NCBI GenBank assembly: GCA_963674945.2
Contig: CAXXWQ010000004.1
Location: 3,262,455 to 3,326,454, forward strand
Origin: an uncultured Desulfosarcina sp.
Lineage (GTDB): Bacteria; Desulfobacterota; Desulfobacteria; Desulfobacterales; Desulfosarcinaceae
Direction of reading: 5' to 3'
Length of the DNA: 64,000 nt
Below are positions 58,822-64,000 of this stretch, in pieces. Positions within the stretch are counted from its first letter, which is position 1. Each line of letters begins with the position of its first letter. A program made the translations under genes and the position numbers. The notes under the pieces were generated by a model that saw only the letters and a program-made list of their open reading frames with translations, did no database searches and was not told the origin of the DNA.

Positions 58822-61203
58822 TCTGAATCCAGCAGGCCGGTAAGGTATTGCAACCGGAAAATGAACATGGCACCTTTAACCTTATTATCTTGGCGGATAA
58901 ATGAAAGGAAAAGGATGCCATGCCTCAACAGATACTACCACTTATTCCTCGCGGTGCAAGACAAATCAACGGGCTTGTCAGTGTATTTCGTGACGATACG
59001 ACCTGGACCTATTTTCTATCGACCGTTCCGATTTATTCTCACAGACAAGGCGATCAACGAATGTTTCGGATGATAACAGCCCAACTGGTTGAATCCGGAG
59101 CTTGCCGCCAGATCGATATCCAAAACACATTCGGCGTATCCAAGAGCAATGTCATCCGATCCGTGAACAAACTCAGGTCCGGCGGCGCCGAGGCATTTTT
59201 CGTTCAGCGGCGGGGACGACGCGGCGGCAAGGTTTTCAAACCTGAGGTGCTTGAACAAGCCCAACGTTTACTGGATCAAGGGTGCTCGAAAAAAGATGCC
59301 GCCCTGGAACTTGGCATTAAATACGATACGTTTCGCAAAGCTATAGATGATGGTCGGTTAATCGAATCAAGGATTGGTGAACCGTGTCTAACCAAATCAG
59401 ATCGGGACATGGTCGACATGGCTGCTGCCGATGGTATGGGGACGGCTTGCAACCGAGTCGGGGAACGCATATTGGCATCATTGGGCAAAATGGTTGGTGC
59501 GCCGGTTCGTTTTGACAGATGCCTGGACGTTCCCAAAGCAGGCGTTCTTTGTGCGATACCGTCATTGGTGGCAAACGGGTTGTTTACCGGCGCAAAACAG
59601 TTCCTCGGCCAAGTCAAAGGCTATTACACGATCTTTCATGTCTTGTTGCTGCTTTCGTTTATGGCCTTATGCAGGATCAAGACGACAGAAAAAATACGAG
59701 GCCATGCTCCGGGAGAATTTGGTAAGTTATTGGGCTTGGATCGTGCACCGGAGGTTCGCTGTTTGCGTTACAAGATGGATGCGTTGAGCGCAGACCACGG
59801 CGCGGAAAAGTGGGCCGCATACCTCGGTAAATACTGGATGGAACAGGCGCCCGAATCGGTTGGCGCGCTTTATGTTGACGGGCATGTACGTGTTTATCAT
59901 GGAAAATTGACCCGACTACCGCGCCGCTACGTGTCCCGGGAACGATTGTGCATGAGGGGCATTACCGACTATTGGGTTAACGATGCGATTGGCCGACCTT
60001 TTTTTGTCGTCGAAAAGCAGATCGATCCTGGATTATTGGCGGTTTTAAGAGACGATATCGTTCCCCGGTTGTTGCAAGACGTTCCGAATCAACCCGGTTT
60101 GCAGCAACTACAAGAGAACCCATGTTTATGCCGGTTCGTTCTTGTTTTCGACAGGGAAGGATATAGTCCCGCATTCTTCAAGGAAATGTGGGATCGCCAT
60201 CGAATCGGCTGCATGACGTATCATAAGCATCCTGGTGAATCATGGCCGGAGCATTGGTTCACCGAGCATGAAGTTGCGATGCCAAACAAAGAGGTGGTGA
60301 AGATGCGGCTTTGCGAAATGGGTAGTTTGGTGGGATCTGGTAAGGGTGCAACATGGATGCGACAAGTGCGAAAACTGACCGATTCCGGACACCAGACCAG
60401 CGTAATCAGCACCGCTTTCGATTTGCCGCATACTCAATTGGCAGCACGCATGTTCAGCCGGTGGTGTCAGGAAAACTTTTTCAACTATATGATGCAACAT
60501 TTTGATATCGATGTGCTTTTAGATTATGGTGTCGTTGAATTTCCTGATACCGAACGGGTAATCAACCCCGTTTGGCGGCAATTGAATCAATCCCGTAATT
60601 CGTTGCAGAACAAGCTACGATATCGTCGTGCCTGTTTTGCCGAGATGACCATTCACCCTGAAAATGAAGACAAACCGGTAAAGTTTAAGAAGTGGATAGA
60701 GAAAAAGGCCGAGCTGTTAGAAGAAATCGAAAAGATGGAGTATCAACTCAGCGAGTTGAAAGAAAAACGAAAACAGACAAGTAAACACATCACGTGGGGA
60801 GAACTTGAAGCAAAAGATAAATTTTTACGTTTACAACCGGGCAGAAAACGCCTGATGGACACGGTTCGTATGATTGCATATCGTGCAGAGACGGCAATGG
60901 TTGGGTTGCTCACGGGTCCGACGGTAAACTCGTCGGATGCACGGAGTCTTCTCCAGACACTGTTCCAGACCGAAGGCGATGTACTGCCCGATATTGAAAA
61001 TCAGCAATTGAATATACGATTGCACGGCGCTTCGTTCCCAGCGGCCAATCGGGCTCTTTGCCAACTGTTTGCGCATCTGAACAGTGCGCAGGTAAAATAC
61101 CCCGGTACCGAGCTGCAAATGATATTCGAACTAAATGGCTGCAGCACCTCAAATCATGCCGGAGGTGTCACATAGTTTTCCCGGAGATGCAGTGTTCTGA
61201 ATC
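58822..61203 (+). mobile_element. Putative IS with a large DDE-like transposase, flanked by the direct repeat TCTGAATC
   Basis: TCTGAATC at 58822-58829 and 61196-61203; GC-richer than its flanks. Confidence 0.6.
58920..61175 (+). CDS. Putative transposase (N-terminal HTHs, DDE-like core)
   Basis: YVDGHVRVY, VFDREGYS, FSRWCQENFF; coiled-coil insertion. Confidence 0.75.
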   Translation: MPQQILPLIPRGARQINGLVSVFRDDTTWTYFLSTVPIYSHRQGDQRMFRMITAQLVESGACRQIDIQNTFGVSKSNVIRSVNKLRSGGAEAFFVQRRGRRGGKVFKPEVLEQAQRLLDQGCSKKDAALELGIKYDTFRKAIDDGRLIESRIGEPCLTKSDRDMVDMAAADGMGTACNRVGERILASLGKMVGAPVRFDRCLDVPKAGVLCAIPSLVANGLFTGAKQFLGQVKGYYTIFHVLLLLSFMALCRIKTTEKIRGHAPGEFGKLLGLDRAPEVRCLRYKMDALSADHGAEKWAAYLGKYWMEQAPESVGALYVDGHVRVYHGKLTRLPRRYVSRERLCMRGITDYWVNDAIGRPFFVVEKQIDPGLLAVLRDDIVPRLLQDVPNQPGLQQLQENPCLCRFVLVFDREGYSPAFFKEMWDRHRIGCMTYHKHPGESWPEHWFTEHEVAMPNKEVVKMRLCEMGSLVGSGKGATWMRQVRKLTDSGHQTSVISTAFDLPHTQLAARMFSRWCQENFFNYMMQHFDIDVLLDYGVVEFPDTERVINPVWRQLNQSRNSLQNKLRYRRACFAEMTIHPENEDKPVKFKKWIEKKAELLEEIEKMEYQLSELKEKRKQTSKHITWGELEAKDKFLRLQPGRKRLMDTVRMIAYRAETAMVGLLTGPTVNSSDARSLLQTLFQTEGDVLPDIENQQLNIRLHGASFPAANRALCQLFAHLNSAQVKYPGTELQMIFELNGCSTSNHAGGVT

Positions 61204-61551
61204 TGCGCCAGGATCGGCTATATCGGCTTCATCGCACCGGTCAGTTTATGGGTTTACGTATTGTTTGAAAGCTTTTCATCATTGGTTCCTAACTGGTTCA
61301 GTTGTTGGAAATTGCTGTCCCAATACAAAATGAAAACATCTTTGGGTTCGCAGCCATATCTATGGTTCTAACGAATATGATTTGATGCCAGCGATTGTTT
61401 CGATCTGGCAGTAATTACGTCCCGGGATCACCGTGTGATTCACGCAGAAAAGATTTGTCGGTTTATGGAGATTGGAGCACAGAAACCTTTTCTAATCATA
61501 ATGTATGAAGCTTTCGAGCTAATGCGACATTCTGACTTAAAGAGGTAAATT

Positions 61552-62649
61552 ATGGCAAAAGTCTGTACAAAGTGTATAATCCCTGATTCTTACCCAATGA
61601 TAAAAATCGAAGATGGAGTGTGTAGCTTTTGTAAAAATCCAAACAATTTTATAAACGCAAACAAAAAGCATTCTGGCAAAAACAAGCTTCGATCAATTTT
61701 AACTTCAAAACACAATGGAGGATATCATTGTGTCATACCCTTAAGCGGTGGAAAGGATAGTAGTTATATTACCTATTATATAACCAAGAATTTGAAGCTT
61801 AACCCATTGATCGTTACTTTCGATAATGGTTTTATGTCGGATGCAGCCAAGAAAAATATTCAAAATATTTGTAAAATATTAAAGGTCGACATAGTCAGAA
61901 AGAAGGCTAGTAAATATTATACACTCCAATTGAAACAATCTTTCAAGATTTTTTGCCAATTAAACGGTCAATACTTATTTATGTGTGGCAACTGTGAAAA
62001 TAATCTTCGCACATTAGCGATTAGGGAAGCAAAAAAAAGAAAAATTCCCTATATCGTATGGGGATCTACAGACTATGAAGATCCTCCCACTTTAAAACGT
62101 AACCAAAAATTTTTTAGAGAAAGAAGCGGTACAATCAAAGATGCATTTTCACGTATTACCAAATTACCACTGGTCGCACTCAGATTTATAATTTTATCTC
62201 ATAGTATAGAAATTGTATTGAGCAGTTTAAAGTATATCTATTATGGCATCAGAGACAATATGGAGATTAAAGCATCGATATTGAATCCATTTCGTGTTGT
62301 TTCATTTAGAAATTTAAAGGACATAAAGACAATATATTTTTACGATTATATAAAATATGATATCTATAATTATACAAAAACAATCAGAAACGAGGTGAAT
62401 TGGGACGCCCCTTCAGAGAAAGAGGACAAAATGGATTGTAAATTTGCAACATTGAAAAATTATTATAGCCTAAATAATTATGGTATCACAGAAAACGGGA
62501 CAAGATTATCATCATTAATAAGAAATGGAATAATAAGTCGATCTGAAGCATTAGAAAAAGAAGAAGCTATGAAAAACGATATAAAAAGTGAATACAGAAA
62601 TATTATTCATGCCGCATGTGATGCTTTTGGAATTTCTAGGAAACAATAA
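61552..62649 (+). CDS. N-acetyl-sugar amidotransferase-like PP-loop ATPase (WbuX/PseA type), AT-rich
   Basis: CTKCIIP...GVCSFC, CVIPLSGGKDSSY, TFDNGF, IRNGIISRSEAL. Confidence 0.75.
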   Translation: MAKVCTKCIIPDSYPMIKIEDGVCSFCKNPNNFINANKKHSGKNKLRSILTSKHNGGYHCVIPLSGGKDSSYITYYITKNLKLNPLIVTFDNGFMSDAAKKNIQNICKILKVDIVRKKASKYYTLQLKQSFKIFCQLNGQYLFMCGNCENNLRTLAIREAKKRKIPYIVWGSTDYEDPPTLKRNQKFFRERSGTIKDAFSRITKLPLVALRFIILSHSIEIVLSSLKYIYYGIRDNMEIKASILNPFRVVSFRNLKDIKTIYFYDYIKYDIYNYTKTIRNEVNWDAPSEKEDKMDCKFATLKNYYSLNNYGITENGTRLSSLIRNGIISRSEALEKEEAMKNDIKSEYRNIIHAACDAFGISRKQ

Positions 62650-62700
62650 TAATCGATTTGAGGAATAATGACTTCGCCACATCGTTAGATGTCAGATTTC

Positions 62701-64000
62701 GTAACCGTTCACGGGGCATTTTAGGGCTGACATCATGGCCTTTAACCCATTGAAAACAAAGCATAAATTGTGTGCACCGTAACTGCCTGAAATAATTTAA
62801 AATAAATCTAGATTTTTTCTTTTAACTATGTTAGAGTGCTTTTCATGGCACTCAAAAGACCATTTTCAGAACTCGATTGGCAACTGACACCAGAGGCGGT
62901 GAGAAATTACATCCTATATCTGGAACAGGCGCTTCATGATATGCAAAAATGGGTTGAGACCCATGAAAAACGCATAGAGAAACTTGAAGTCCAGACCAAA
63001 ATGAATTCTCGTAATTCCAGTAAACCGCCCTCATCCGATCCGCCTTTTAGCAAGCAGAAAAGAAAACAGAAAAAGAGCAAGCGATCCAAAGGCGGACAAA
63101 AAGGACACAAACCGCACCAGCAACAACTGCTCGAGCCGACAAAGCAACATTCGTTGATGCCAAAATGCTGCAGTTGTGGTCATTCGGTGTTCGATCAGGA
63201 AAAGATGAAGCCTTTTTACACCCATCAACAGATCGAACTTCCCAAAATCGAAATGGAAGTCAGCCACTATATTCTGCACAAGTGCGATTGCCCCAATTGC
63301 GGGAAGGTTGTCAAAGCCAAGCTGCCATCTGCCCTGTCGAGCGGATACGGTCCCCGATTTACCGCATTTGTTGGTGAATTAAGCGGTATTAAAGGGATGA
63401 GCCGAATGGACGTAAAGCAGTTATGCGACTCTGTGTTAGACATTCCCATTGCTACGGGGACGATCCAAAAAATCGTTGACCGCACTTCAATGGCGATTTT
63501 GCCTGTGTATGAACGTATCGGGGGTATCGCCAGAAGTTTCTGGTGCAATTATATCGATGAGACCTCCTGGTTTACAGAAAACGATCTGCACTGGCTGTGG
63601 GCCATGGTCAACGAGCGGGTTGCTTTCTATCGCATAGACCCGCATCGCTCCAAGGTGGCTTTCGAAGCACTCATCCAGGACTGGAACGGCATTCTGGTCA
63701 GCGACGGTTACGGCCTGTATCAAAAATGGGTTCACCGCCAGACGTGCCTGGCTCATCTAATCCGTAAGGCCGATTCTCTGGCGGAGAGAAAGAAGCCGGA
63801 TTTACGTCGCTTCGGAGAAATCGTCGCCGCTTGGTTGAGACAACTGGTATCGTTTGCCAAAGAGCCACCCGACCCAAAGCAATGGTCGGATTTTTATACA
63901 TTCTTCTTGTTTACCGTGTCCCTTTGGGAACCCGATAAAACGGATGCAGGAAAACTCGCTCGGCAGATCATCCGGGAAATGAACAACCTATGGGTGTTTA
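62701..64000 (+). mobile_element. IS66 family element (single-ORF ISBst12-type), left part
   Basis: Starts with GTAACCGTTCAC, a typical IS66 end; transposase follows directly with no tnpA/tnpB. Confidence 0.8.
62845..64000 (+). CDS. IS66 transposase TnpC, truncated by the window end
   Basis: MALKRPF...NSRNSSKPPSSD, KGGQKGH, CxxC zinc finger, IDETSW, LVSDGY, QTCLAHLIR. Confidence 0.9.
   Translation, partial: MALKRPFSELDWQLTPEAVRNYILYLEQALHDMQKWVETHEKRIEKLEVQTKMNSRNSSKPPSSDPPFSKQKRKQKKSKRSKGGQKGHKPHQQQLLEPTKQHSLMPKCCSCGHSVFDQEKMKPFYTHQQIELPKIEMEVSHYILHKCDCPNCGKVVKAKLPSALSSGYGPRFTAFVGELSGIKGMSRMDVKQLCDSVLDIPIATGTIQKIVDRTSMAILPVYERIGGIARSFWCNYIDETSWFTENDLHWLWAMVNERVAFYRIDPHRSKVAFEALIQDWNGILVSDGYGLYQKWVHRQTCLAHLIRKADSLAERKKPDLRRFGEIVAAWLRQLVSFAKEPPDPKQWSDFYTFFLFTVSLWEPDKTDAGKLARQIIREMNNLWVF

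Overview
Mostly core chromosome of an anaerobic sulfate-reducer-type bacterium; gene content suggests Desulfobacterota (Desulfosarcina-like), which is an inference. Core genes include parAB, an IspH-UbiA fusion, tkt, three tRNAs, a [NiFe] hydrogenase operon with hyp genes, etfBA, rimO and a polyprenyl synthase. There are two AT-rich accessory patches carrying IS elements (about 11.3-15.2 kb and from 58.4 kb onward). The ORF track splits three genes at in-frame TGA codons, each followed by a hairpin with a GGU loop, so they are best read as selenoproteins: an OsmC-like protein, a formate dehydrogenase alpha subunit, and a hydrogenase large subunit. In the hydrogenase the Sec falls in the N-terminal RxCGxU motif (a bridging ligand), not the C-terminal DPUxxC position of known [NiFeSe] enzymes. 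Other highlights: (1) an OvoA-type N-methyltransferase gene paired with a molybdopterin enzyme resembling metallopterin ergothioneine synthase, a candidate O2-independent ovothiol/thiohistidine pathway; (2) a stand-alone LanKC/OspF-type phosphothreonine-lyase-like protein; (3) an amber-interrupted ABC ATPase; (4) modular palindromic intergenic repeats, one family with a core that occurs in both orientations. All family assignments come from motif recognition by eye; no searches were run.
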